In this document: positions 29,312 through 42,785 of the stretch, in pieces
Numbering within the stretch: the stretch's first letter is position 1
Layout: every line of letters starts with the position of its first letter
From: Chrysomallon squamiferum
Lineage: Eukaryota; Animalia; Mollusca
Direction: 5' to 3'
NCBI GenBank assembly: GCA_012295275.1
Contig: CM022677.1
Location: forward strand, 8,618,001-8,682,000
DNA length: 64,000 nt
Position numbers and translations under genes: made by a program
The notes under the pieces: model-generated
What the model was told of the DNA's origin: nothing
Seen by the model: the letters and a program-made list of their open reading frames with translations, nothing else
Database searches by the model: none

Positions 29312-30854
29312 GTGAGGAAAAGACATTGTTTTTGTCGTTTAATTTTCTTACTGCCAATATCATTGTTGACTTTATTATTCTATCCATTAGAGAAAAAAAG
29401 AAGAAGAGAAAATGGCTATTAAGACCTAGCTGAGTTTTCTTTCTCGGCTATTCTCACGGTCGCTGTAATGTGGCGGATTCATTTTAAAAAAGGGGTGGAC
29501 ATTGTGTGGTTCGCTCACTCTAAATTTGATTTGATCTAATTATGAAATATCAGAATATAGATTACCTGCATGAGTTTATTTTATTAAATGATTGTTTATT
29601 TGGAGTGTCACTGAATTAATTAATGGATATTTATTTTTTAAGGTTAAAGGTTAAGATTTAATAATCACAGAAATTAGTATTCTGATGATTATGAAGAGTA
29701 AATTGAAAATTATATTAAAATAATATTTGTACATGTACCTTCCTTAAAGAAAGGAAAAGACACCATGATTACATGTACTTTTATTTTTACTCTTCAGTCT
29801 GAGATTCTTCTGAACGGAAAAACAAGAAACAATCGTTTGTTTCAGGTTGCGATCAATAACGAACATGAAAACTATGATAACGTTTCATGGTCTGCTGCAC
29901 AATGAGTTTAATAAGTAGATAATCGATATATACGTATTATTTCATTACAACAAAGCAGATATAACAGGAGGAAACTGTGATGAAAATATCGGAAGTTATT
30001 TGAAAGAAAAATACGTTTGGTTGTTTTTAACCGTATGGCTATTACTGTAATTAAATTCCATAATTAATTAATTAAATAGAACGGCAATAACAAAACAACA
30101 ACAACAACAAATACTACTACTGCTACTACCACTATTATTATTATTATTATTATTGAAGTTTTTATAAATCAATCTATATTCGATTACAAAATAGATTTAT
30201 TAAAAAATATATTTTAAAAGCCGTAAGTCAATAAATTAAACTGAACAATTACATGAATAAAATAAAAGAAATATTGCATTTTTTTTAAAAAAAAGAACCA
30301 CTTGAAAACGATCAGAAATAAATCTTAGGAATAAAATCAGGAAATAAATATTTGTCACAGAAATACACTGCACCGAAATTTACAATGAATGAATGATTAA
30401 ATAAATATTATCTTTAAGATAAAAAATTAAAAAATAAATCTTAAAAAAAATAGTAATAATAATAATAAACAAATAAAATAAAACATAATCAGTCAAAAAG
30501 GGGACATTTACACGTAGTTTTCAAAAACGAAGAAAGAAATAATAATTTAAAAATTGGCAGCTGCTATCATAAATAAATTTAAAATCTTTCTAGCTACATT
30601 TTAAAATAATATTTCTCATTACTCATATCCTGAAATACCAATAACTAATAAATACAAAAAATTAATAAATACGAAGAATTACCGTCTGCTTCATTAACGA
30701 AACAAAAAACTAAATAATAAAATAAATAAATAAATAAACCATTCTTATGCTGCCGAACAACAACAACAATGATACTAATAATACGAAAAATCTATCGTTG
30801 CTTTAAAACATTTACAAATTATATTTGAATTTACATCTGAATTGTGTAAATGTG

Positions 30855-30897
<43 letters not shown>

Positions 30898-31411
30898 CAA
30901 AAGACTAGAAATCTAACATTAGCTTTAACAGAAAACAGTTTACAAAACAAAAATTCACATCAGCGATATAATTAAGTTCAAGGAAAAACACCGACGACAG
31001 AATCGTTCATCTGCAGCATGTTTTTAAAACAAGATTTCTGCTTGCCTAGCTTTTGTTGTTTGCGTTTGCCCACATTCCTGACGTGGCTCGTGTTGACAAT
31101 GGCGATGATCTCCACTGCGTCGTGGTTGTTTGTTTTTTTGGAACTCGCTGCTTCAGTTCGTATGACAGTCTGGAACAGAGCTCACTGGGGCGGCCTCGTG
31201 TTACCGAGTAACTTGCTTACCTACCACATGCATAGTGTATATTACTACTTTATAATCTTGCACTCTTCATAACGATATAATGTTTGTAACTGTTTGTGTG
31301 TGTGTCTGTCTATCTAATCTATCCATATATGTCTGTGTGTAAAATAAATTTATTACATTATTTTTTTTTTTTGGTATTGTTTAATACACACTGCTGTGCT
31401 TTTTATATCTC

Positions 31412-31456
<45 letters not shown>

Positions 31457-32928
31457 TAGATAGAGGAATAGATTTAGATGTATGTGTAATGTATGGGTGT
31501 GCATGCTCTTGCGAAACATAATCATAATATCAATAACTGATTAATTTTTCTCTTTTATTTCAGAGTCTGGATTATCTACACTAAGATCAAGAAAACTGAC
31601 ATACATAAAAATTCTCTGGATGACGATTAAAAAAGAAAAACATGCGGATATAATTATTCTTTCATGAGAACAAACACATTTCTCTGATGAAAAAGAAATA
31701 GCAAGTTCTAGAAGACGTAAAACGAAAATAATAATATTTTCGTGATTATACCAGGTTAAAATAAAACATTCTATAATAACAAGAGATAAGAGATAAAAGA
31801 AATCGTTTCCTTGGAAATTGTATATACTTTTTACGATATTTGAACAAAACCACAGTTCAAAAAATAACAAAATAAACTTCAGAGAAGGAACAAAATAAAC
31901 AGTACTGCAAAACGATTAATAATAATAATAAATACATTATAAAGAAACCCCCAAAAACATCAGGTTAAAATATTCTCATCAGCTGAAAATATGAATGATT
32001 AATAACCGCATTCTTGAGTAAAAAGCTATTAAAAGTAGAAGACACATATTTTCTGTCTGTCGTCAGCTGCGGGATAGCATACCACAGTGAAAGATACAAT
32101 TATTGATTGCGTTCATTATTGATAACACCAACAACTCGTGTCCTGTAAGCAATTACTCTACGTAAAAATAGCTGCATAAATATATAGACATATATATATA
32201 TATATATATATACACATTTTTTACCTGTGTTTCTGTAACCTGGCTGTAGAGTAATAAATCAAATAACTTTGTAACAGTCGAACGCTTTTTGGAATTTCTG
32301 TGACGAGGCGGGGACTGGGTGAACGATTACACAAAAGCAGTTCTGTAACAGTAGCGAGTTTTCATTGCTCCAGTGTTTTTATTAGCGGCGGTGTCTTCAC
32401 TGCATGTGTGTGTATCTTCTATGTGTGATTATACATCGTTGCGTTGGATTGTTATAGGGCTGGAAAATACCTACATCGTTAGGACGTAAATACAGCACAG
32501 AGATAATAAAACGACGAAGCTGTTTAAATATCAGATCAAAACCTGGACATAACAGCGCCGTGAATTGATTGACCAGATTCAAGAAGTATTTGTGTTGTGT
32601 GCTTCTTTTGTTCAGTGTTTACCAAAAACATCAAATTCTTTCCTATAAAAAAAGGCTTATAAAACTCGATCGGGGACAGAAATAAAGCGAAGAAAAATCT
32701 GCTAGGATTATCGAGTCAAACCCGAGGGATTCTGATACGTATTTGTCGAGGTGTACAGCCTTTCATACGGTGTTGTTCGAGAAAACAACAATTATCGTCT
32801 GCTGCTATTGTTGTTCGGGTCGTTTGATACTGTCGGCCGCCATCTTGAATTACTCTGTTTCTAGCAGCCGTTATTGATCGCCGTGTTTTCTGAGTAAGCG
32901 GCTTACGTTCTTCGTCAGTATAATAAAC

Positions 32929-34152
32929 ATGGCGGCCAGGAGTACGTCTGCTTCACACGGTGGCAGAAAAATGTTCGTGGACTGTTTGTGGAAAGGGATT
33001 GTAATTATTCTGTGCTTCATGGACGCGAAAACCGAAGCTACGGTAGGTACAGTCTCTGACCAAGCTAAACCTGTGTGCACGGTGAAGGGAAGAGTGTACA
33101 CCGAGTTAAAGTGGTACGGGTATTTGGTACAGAAGCCGTTCATGCGGGAGTGGGCTAAGATACAGTACCAGATAACGTATCCAGTGAAGGAGTGCTGCAC
33201 TAATTTGCTTATTTACTACGACGATCAGATTCGTGAACTTAAGGAGTCGATGTCATGTGAGGAGCGCGTCAACGTGCTCCCTCCTAACAACAACCAGGTG
33301 ATACCGCTGTATAAGAACAACAGGACGGTGGGCTGTAACGTGTGGAACGAGACGGGTGAGCCCTACTACGTCTGTCTGGGAGAGAGGATTTTTCGTTCCA
33401 GTGGCGCGAGGACTTGGTACTTCGCTCTCAGCAGATGCGACGCACGAAAGTCCCTCAACTTGAACTATGTTTTTAATATTTCTGGTTACTATGGAGACTG
33501 CGAAGCGGATCCATTATCCAAGATGCCGCTCGTCCCTGCCCCTATTTCGGACCGGTTCCTGTTCGTTGCAGTGGCTTTAGGAGTTGTCGCAGGAATTGCT
33601 ATAATTTTGGCTTCAGTTTTCCTCGCTCTGTGGCTGTTGAGTCGAAGAAGGTCGGCAAGCAAAGGCAGCTCTGTGACGTCATCGCAGGCGACTATGACGC
33701 AGGATGACGTATTCTACGTGAACCCGTCTCTGTCTGACAGGGAGCAGACTGACTACAGCCAGTCGAGTTCAGAGAATTATTATGAGGTGATCCCAGAGAG
33801 GCGGAGTTATGAAAGTATAAACACTCATCTGACTGTACCCGGGCACGGTCACTCATCGCGACATGCTCACGCCACGTTACTCAAAGAAATGCGGCCATTT
33901 GCTACGACATTCGTGTTCGACGACTACCCACCACCCCCATACCAACCTCCTCGAGGGATGCCTAAACATCATACACTACACCATCCACACCATGGTCAAC
34001 ATCCTCTGGTTCATCAGCAGGCGCATGCTCATGCGCATTCACATTCTCACATGCTTACTCAAGGACCCCACGCATTACCTCTGCAACATCAGCATGCTCT
34101 ACAACAACAGCGAGAGCGCCCTCTACAGACGCACACAGAGACGACTGCATGA
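32929..34152 (+). CDS. Single-pass type I membrane protein with TMEM145/GPR180-like GOLD ectodomain and a Tyr/PPxY-motif cytoplasmic tail (407 aa, intronless CDS)
   Basis: Long, complex ORF with higher GC than its flanks. Signal-peptide-like segment after Met15 (nt 32971; MFVDCLWKGIVIILCF). Motifs YPVKECCTNLLIYYDD, NNNQVIPL, GCNV and RIFRSSGARTWYFALSRC parallel the TMEM145 N-terminal domain as I recall it (YP..KCCQNILLYFDD, ENNQVINL, GCQV, RSFRSVRERWWYIALSKC). One TM helix FLFVAVALGVVAGIAIILASVFLALWLL followed by the stop-transfer SRRR. Confidence 0.9.
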   Translation: MAARSTSASHGGRKMFVDCLWKGIVIILCFMDAKTEATVGTVSDQAKPVCTVKGRVYTELKWYGYLVQKPFMREWAKIQYQITYPVKECCTNLLIYYDDQIRELKESMSCEERVNVLPPNNNQVIPLYKNNRTVGCNVWNETGEPYYVCLGERIFRSSGARTWYFALSRCDARKSLNLNYVFNISGYYGDCEADPLSKMPLVPAPISDRFLFVAVALGVVAGIAIILASVFLALWLLSRRRSASKGSSVTSSQATMTQDDVFYVNPSLSDREQTDYSQSSSENYYEVIPERRSYESINTHLTVPGHGHSSRHAHATLLKEMRPFATTFVFDDYPPPPYQPPRGMPKHHTLHHPHHGQHPLVHQQAHAHAHSHSHMLTQGPHALPLQHQHALQQQRERPLQTHTETTA

Positions 34153-37074
34153 AATCAGCTCAAGACAATCTACTGTTAAAAACAAAAATGTCTGAAAAAT
34201 ATAGGATATTCTTTTTTTCTTTTTCTTTCCTAATCAGATACTTGTCAAGAAAAAGAAACACTTTTTTCGTTTTCTCTTCATCATTTAAATTATTTTCATG
34301 TTGACCTTCGAGGAGAAATAAAAGGACAAACTGGATTAATAAACAAAAATAAAAAGCAAAAAAAGAACCTAAAAATTGTGGAGCTATAAAGTTTATGCGG
34401 TGTGAAAGTGCATTAGGGTCATATGTCAATAAACAAGACCTGTGCCTCATGGCTACAAAGCAACATTGCTTCATATTTATTGTGTACTTTTATGTGACGT
34501 CATTTTCATTGACATAAACTGAACACCTCAGTAAAGAAAAAGAAAATAATAAGGCATTTTGTTTTAAAATTATGTTGTGACTCAATATTTACAAGTTTTC
34601 GCATCGTAGTTTCCTCCATTAATTGAGCACCAGCTGTACCGTGCCTCGATATACAATCACACATTTTTATGTTTTTATTTCTTGTTACCTGTTTCTTTAA
34701 TTTATTATGTTGTATTGTCAGCATCCTAAATTGGCTGTAAATTCCTCCTTTTATTACTGTTTGATGCTTTTATAACGAGGGACCTATGTTTGTGGTAATT
34801 TCCTCCATAAATCGCGCACCAGATTCATTGAACTGGTGTTTATAGTCAAAGTACGATTTAATAACCACCTGACAGCTGGATTGTTTCGTATTCACTGTTT
34901 GTTATTCCACTGCTTGGATTATGGGACATTTATAAGTTATATTTATATTTTTAATATTATTAAAATAATAATAACTTATGTAGAGGAATAAATCCAAAAC
35001 TAATTAAGACACATTATCTGTTTTTTCGGACAAACAAAACAGACAGATGCTGATTTCAACTGTGTAATGACTGCAGGATACAGAATTAATGGTCTTATTC
35101 GAACGATTAATGGTTTCTATGGAAACGAAAAGCTGCATCCAATATTGATTTTACAGGAATGGTTTAGGTAAAATGATATGTAACAATATGAAATATTTAT
35201 TTACTCTTCTTTTCAAATTATTTTTTTAACAATAATTTGTTTCTGTATTAAGAAATGATGTTTTAGTTTATTAAATATGTAAAGTAGTTAAAATCAAAAA
35301 CAGTTATGAAATATTAAAATTAAAAATGCAGTGATAATCTTTATACCTATCAGTATTGGTAAATTTCTAAACAAAAACAAAAAGAAATTAATATTTTTAT
35401 TCAACAAATTGTTATGGGTCTACTTGGAACACGAATCAAAAAGGTGTGTATGTGTCTGTATATATATCGAGACATACATATACAGATAGCTTAAAACAAA
35501 ATTTCGATATATGTAAATTTATATATTGATATACCTGTAATATATTAGCAACCACATATATCTGTTTTTTTGTAATGAATTCTGACGAACTGACAGTACC
35601 CATTACATTTGATTTAATCTCGAATACCTATAAATATTTCTTAAAATATACACCTGCATAGGAACCTTCTCACCTTGTATGGTATCGACTGTATTTGGTC
35701 AGTTGGTGTTATCTGTTCGAAATTTCATCTACGTTTGTGTGTGGCCTCTGATTTGGATTCAAGGGATGATGGTTGAAAATATTGTGCATTTTATTTTAGT
35801 ATGTTGATTAATAAAGCTAATAAGCTCTAAATAAAAATAGTAATGCAAAGAATAATGTTTAAAAATGAATTTCGCTATCCAGTAATTTTTGTTATACTAT
35901 TATAATTTTTTTCAATTTATTATTATTATTATTGTCATATTTTCTTATACAGCCGTTATTACTGTTATTGTAATTATTATTAATTTATTAAATAATTTTC
36001 TAATTTTGTTTTTTTAAATTCTATTTTATTTATTTATTTAATTTTTAATTTACTATTTTACATTTCATTTTTTATTTATTTATTTATACATTTAATTTTT
36101 TTATATTTTTCTTTTTTTATTTGTTAGTATTATTTTAACTCAAAATTAATGTGTTTTCCTTTATGATCTTTATCACTGGTCACATATAAATAAGAAAATT
36201 CTTGCCATATATTAAAATGTTTTCCACTAAGAAGAAATGTATATTTTTTGAAAATGATTATTTTTGTGTTTTTTGGTTAACTGTGTCTTTTATGTGTACA
36301 ATATTTTTTTGTTTCCCATTAAAAATGTAAGATAAATAATATGAACTGTACATTTTCTCGTTGGCAAAAATAATTAATTAACCTGTATCAATGAAATGAA
36401 ATATATCTTTGAAAGGAATTTGGATTTGCATTTTAATTTCAGTCGTGTTGTATAACTGTTCTATGTTTTGCTTGCTGAAGTAATGTTTCTTCCAGACACC
36501 AAACCCATTTCAGTAGATGTTTAGGTGCCCTATATTAAACTTTATGATGATAATGATAATAATTATATCAATATATTTGATAAATAGTGATAACAAACAT
36601 ATTACATCATTTATAATAAATACAAAAAAATAAAATAAAATAAAATAAAATAAAATAAAATAAAATAAAATAAATAAATAAATAAATTACAGCCATTTTT
36701 TTAAAATTTAAATTTAAAATTTAGTTTTGATTTAATTTAATTTAATTTAATTTATTTATTTATTTATATTTTTATTGGTTACTGCTCACAATCATAACGT
36801 AAAAATATAAACCAACATAATGGAAATTCGAGCACATGGCCAGTTCATTGTTGAAATTAAATATTTATTATAACGATAATTATTAATATAATTAAATCTA
36901 CAAAGAAACAACATGAAATTAAATATTTATTATAACGACAATTATTAATATAATTAAATCTACAAAGAAACAACATGAACTTTTTGATGTTATGATTTTT
37001 AAATAACAGTTATCCTAACTTCTTCGATTTATTATTATTATTGTTATTTTGTTTATTTATTTATTTATTATTAT

Positions 37075-37110
<36 letters not shown>

Positions 37111-37350
37111 CAGTTACCACAGTTCTTATTAGGTAATAAATCAACGTACTTTACCAAATGATTACGTAATGATACGTTTTTATTAGTAATATTAATTTAT
37201 ATATAAGTATGTAATATTAAATGTAATATTTCCTACTGATCTTGTTTTGTGAATGTAATTGTTAATTTTGTATATAATGTTAAAATTTGAAATATCTGAT
37301 GACAAAACTTCATGAAATGAACTTAATTTAATATAAAAAGAAAACTTTGT
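34153..37350 (+). other. Probable long AU-rich 3'UTR of the 32929 gene
   Basis: AT-rich sequence with few dinucleotide microsatellites after the stop codon; several AATAAA/ATTAAA hexamers. The end point is a guess. Confidence 0.3.
36852..36979. repeat. 62-bp tandem duplication (2 copies, 1 mismatch)
   Basis: tgaaattaaatatttattataacga[t/c]aattattaatataattaaatctacaaagaaacaaca starting at 36852 and 36914. Confidence 0.92.
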
Positions 37351-38316
37351 TTTCATTTCAACTATTTATTTATACTTCCGTTGGTTAGTTTTAAATTACT
37401 ACTACCACTACTACTATTGCAACTACTGTATTACTATAACTACTATTATTATTGTTATAGTTATTTATTTATTTAATATAGATACTGAATTATGATTCAA
37501 GTAATTTTCACTTAGAATCTATATTTACTAATAACAAAATAACACATTAATGTCTCATTTTAATTTGACTTTCCTTTAATATATTTTTAAAAAACATGAG
37601 AAATATTTTTATGGCTTATTCATTACTGAACTATTTGAAGAAGCAATATAAAATATATATGTTTTTTTATTTTTAATAATGATAAAATAAAGAGTGTTAA
37701 ATAAATTAAAGCTTAGCAAATAAATAAATAAATAAGGTTAAATAAATTCACGCGATTTATTTTCTTTAATATCTAAATTCCATTCATTCCTTTTATTATT
37801 ATTTCATTTTCTTTCTTTGCCCTCTGCTAGTAAAATATTTTCGTCGCCACTTGAAACGTTACCTAGTACACATTACACTCGCTTCAAGTACATAACTTTT
37901 AACACAAACACGTTACTTTCCAAATGAATGCTTTTTAATGAACTGTAGTTTTGGTATTGAACGTGTAAAGTTATTTGTGGGACGTTATCGCACTAACCAG
38001 CACCTATTACCGTGACGGTTTTAATAACCGGAGTAATGAGAGACAGAGAGCAAGAGAAGGAGCAGCTACATGGATTAATCGATTAAACGATACGATTAGA
38101 AGAATCGATAAATAGATACACAGACAGACAGACAATGAATCAGATGAACCGATACACAGATATAAACAATGGAATAGAAAGAAAATAGGTGGAGAGACAC
38201 GATGGAATGGTAAACCTGTAGATAGACAGAAAGACAGATCTACTTACGAAAGGATGGATAGCTGGCGAGGCATATTATATTACAATATAATAATTATTAT
38301 GATTGTGATGATGATA

Positions 38317-38377
<61 letters not shown>

Positions 38378-38518
38378 AATATGTATATATAAAGATAGAG
38401 AGAGTAATGATTGATAAATAGAGAGACAAGGGAGAAGAAAGGATGAACAGATATGAAACAGGCTGACTGAATGACTGAGAGAAATGAATATTATACATTC
38501 ATTTACAATACTCTAGGC

Positions 38519-38562
<44 letters not shown>

Positions 38563-39298
38563 TCAATTTGTATTATTTTTATTATCATCATCGTCATTAT
38601 CTTTATTATTTAGAAAATACTGTAAATCTTAATCCACTAGGATGTTTCTGCAGACAGATTAAAACACTACTGCTTTGACGTAGAACAATAAACGAGTCTA
38701 ATTCTGTTGGGATGAGTAATGATCCTTATTAGTCAAATTCACTTCATCCTCGAAGCGCCATCTGCAGCCCACACTCACAAAAGGAACACAACTAATTCTT
38801 TGTTATTTTCACTTTCTATCTTCATCACTTTTTTCTTATTTTATCTCGTTTGTGATTGGCTGATTTAGTCATAAATGGCCGGATACAGAAAAATTAATCA
38901 GTACGATTTCTTTTATAGAGAGGTATTATTGGTGGCTGACGAAATGAATTAATATGCTGAACGTAGGGAAATGAGAATTAAGAAAAGGGACGAAAATAGA
39001 ATGAAATTGAAGATAATATAGTTTACATATATAAACATATATATAGGGTGTGTGTCAGAGATACTCTGTGTATAAGTATGTACCTGTATGTGTGTTGTGT
39101 ATTTTGCTTAAAGCAGGTAAAAACCCCTAAAAACGACTACTCTGAAATTATACACACATTACATGACGAACATGCTGTTGTTTACGACAACGTAAATATA
39201 AGTTTAGAAATAAATTCGGTTTACTACCTACGTAGTATAAGATGTACTAAAACAAAATTAAACGATTAAAACAGAATAAATGCGCTGTTTAGTAAATA

Positions 39299-39380
<82 letters not shown>

Positions 39381-39816
39381 CAACATTCTTTATTATTTCC
39401 ACTTTCTATTTTTCTGATCTTTTTCAGTTTTTCCTTCTCTCATTTCTTCATCTTTCTTTTTTTCTTGTCCATCTATTGTTATTCATTCGTTATGATTTTT
39501 TTTTTCTTTTTCTTTATCTTGGTTTTTAGACCTTTTAATTAATAATTAATATATGAAACAGAAAACACACTGTTAACATTTTTATGATGTATTTTCATTG
39601 ATTAGCAGTTACAAAAAAAATAAAAAATAAATAAATAAATAAAAAATATAACCCATAAAGACCCCCCCACTGTTTAAATTTTTTATTCAGCCTTGAAAAC
39701 TGAAATTTCTACATCGGTAAATGTCACTGCCAAGGTAAAAATTAATAATAATAAACTGAAGAAAAAAGAGAATAAAATAACTAAACATCACCAATGAAAA
39801 ACGATATATATATATA

Positions 39817-39863
<47 letters not shown>

Positions 39864-40485
39864 CTGCACCAGTTCGAACAGCTGTTTCATTTTTAACCAT
39901 CAGTTATAAAAACTTTACAGAAAATAGACGTTTCGCTACAACTATTTTAACCCAAAGCCCTTCGAAGTCTCTAATGAAATATGCTGATGGCAAACGAGAT
40001 ATGATTTTCAGTATCAGATTGCACGTGCGAGCAAATATCTGTCAATTACAAGTGGCAGACGGCTTCCAGATGTTTTTCACATCCAAAGTTGAAACAGACA
40101 ACGTAACGTCTGGATGAACGAACTAACGAATTATTACATTATTATTATTATTATTATTATTAAAAGGTTATTATTATTATTATTATATTAAAAGGTTTTT
40201 ATTTTTTATTATTGATTTTTTTATATATCACAATAACTTTGAATATTTGTTTATCTAATAGTATGTGTGCATGCCTGTTTGTATGTATATGTATGTATGT
40301 GTGTATGTATGTATGTACGCTTGTATCTATGTATGTATAATTGTGTAGGTAGATATAACTATTCATTTAACACATAAAATGTTGATATGACAGGAAACAC
40401 ATAATGGTGTAGACCAGGCACGCTCACACTTTTTCAGCTTGTGAGATATTTTCAAAATAATCTACCTGTATTAAAAAATAAACTA

Positions 40486-40534
<49 letters not shown>

Positions 40535-40918
40535 ATAATAATAATAATAACAACAAAATAAACAATAGAATATAAATAAATAAACAAATTAATTGATTAC
40601 TAAAGAAAGAAAAAAGAAAAATATATGAAAACAAAAGAAAGAAATACTATTTACAAGTTGTATTGCTATACTACATTTAATGATAAAGCTATACTACTAT
40701 TCCAGTCTGTCTGGAATGAGTAACAAATTAGTCTGAAGAAAAAGAAACGAGATACAAAAAATAAAATTAAACAAAAAAAAAAGAAAAGAAATTGACCTTA
40801 ATGTGACACTTTTAAAATTAAAAATGGTATTTGATATAACGCGCTGAAATTACTGAAAAGCGAAAGAGAAATTAAAATGAATATTTATAAATAACGAAAC
40901 TATGTACATAGATGAAAG

Positions 40919-40992
<74 letters not shown>

Positions 40993-41213
40993 AGCAAGAC
41001 ACATTATTATTAAATTATTCAGTTTGAGCGAGTTCATTTGGTTTATATGATTTCCTTTTCTAATTTTTTTTTTTTTTTTTTTTTTAAATTCTCTAACGTT
41101 AAGCAAGAAACGATAAAAAAGAAATACAAGTAATAAAAATAAAAATCAGCAGAATATGTAAACTGATTTCAGTTGCATGGGTTTACAAGCGAATAGTAGA
41201 ACTGGTGCTTTTG

Positions 41214-41227
41214 GTTACCATAGTAAC
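41214..41227. promoter_or_regulatory. RFX X-box consensus match (GTTACCATAGTAAC)
   Basis: Matches GTYNCY-AT-RGNAAC; further full matches at 35113-35126 and 49731-49744. Function not demonstrated. Confidence 0.45.
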
Positions 41228-41982
41228 ATGGAGAGAAATCTAACGTGAAAACCATAAATGATGGAAGCTGGAAATGTTATTTTCCGTTAACGTGATAAAA
41301 CTATATCTATAAAAAAAATTAAAAATTAAAAAGAAAGAGAAAGAAAAAAAATAGAAAAAGAAAGAAAGAAAAATAAAACAGGTAAATGGGTTGTTTGTGG
41401 CACTCAAGAAAACAAGCAGGAAAACAAAAATAGAAAGATAAAAGAAAGAAAGAAAAATTAAAATGAGAGAGAAAAACAAAAGAAAAAGAAGGCACAAGAC
41501 GTAAGGATAGACGATGTACCTGTAATGAAAAAAAATTAATAAGGTGAAATACTAACAAAACTTCCAAATCATGTTTCATTATTTAATAAATAAATAACTA
41601 TCTTAACAATCTCTGTATGCAAGGACATGTCGCAATCCGTGCTGCATCATCAGCTTATCAATATATGGTTAAAACTTATTAGGAAAGATTCGTCGCGTAG
41701 AGTTTCATGATTTTTTTACGCAGTCACAGGAAATGCTGACGGCAGAAAAAAATTGTCCGGTGAGAACAGAAAGTCATTCTTGCTCCCATCAGCAGATAAA
41801 CTTACCAGTAGGGTATATCTAGACCTGGCCATAAATATTAATAAAACATTTATTATTTGTTTCAGTTTCTTTTTAAATTTTCGCTGAGGTTTAATGAGGT
41901 TTAACTTTAATGCACACTGTATATATTTCCTGTTCTTTAACTTCGTTTATTTTATTAATTTTGTCTTCTCATTGGGCTGTTT

Positions 41983-42074
<92 letters not shown>

Positions 42075-42478
42075 TAACTGACTCTATAATCTAAAGACGT
42101 TACAGTAATTTGATCGCTGTTTCTAAACTTCACTTGACTGTAAAGTTGAAAACATCTGTGATCTGTTTATAAGATTTTAGACACGGTGTACGGATTAAAG
42201 TTCACTTATAAGAAAATCTCCCCTCTCTGTTGCTGTCTTTAACGACACGGGGTTCGGTGTTGTCTATCAAACAGCAGGAGTTTAGAGTTATCACCCGCTC
42301 GTTTAGAGTTATGTGCCGCTAAACGTCTACATCTGTCAATCTCGCAGTATCTCGCGTGGAACGTGAACAGAGGTAGACTGAGTATTTAACCGTTTATCAA
42401 GAAATTCAGTAAATGATTTTTCAAACCTCAGACTGGCTGCACACGGTGAAAGTAAATAATTAAACTGTACATAAATTA

Positions 42479-42578
<100 letters not shown>

Positions 42579-42754
42579 GACGTCATCTCTTTCGATTTAA
42601 TAAACAATGTCATCACCCAGAGACTACAATGAACGCGAAATGCGCCACAGGGACAAAAGAAGAGAATCTAAAAACACCATCATCATCAACGCTTAAATCT
42701 ATGGGAGGCAAAAATCACTGATAATAACCCTAAACGCCCATCATTTACATCTCT

Positions 42755-42785
42755 ACTTCCTGTCACGTGACCGCGCGCCATCTGT
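42755..42785. promoter_or_regulatory. ETS + palindromic E-box composite (ACTTCCTGTCACGTGACCGCGCGCC) in a CpG-rich island
   Basis: GTCACGTGAC at 42762-42771 overlaps ACTTCCTG; a full CRE lies at 42578. Confidence 0.4.

Noticed and set aside
33863-34195. Overlapping +1-frame 110-aa ORF, and the antisense ORFs within the three genes
   Set aside because: Shadow ORFs of real coding sequence, without recognisable features.
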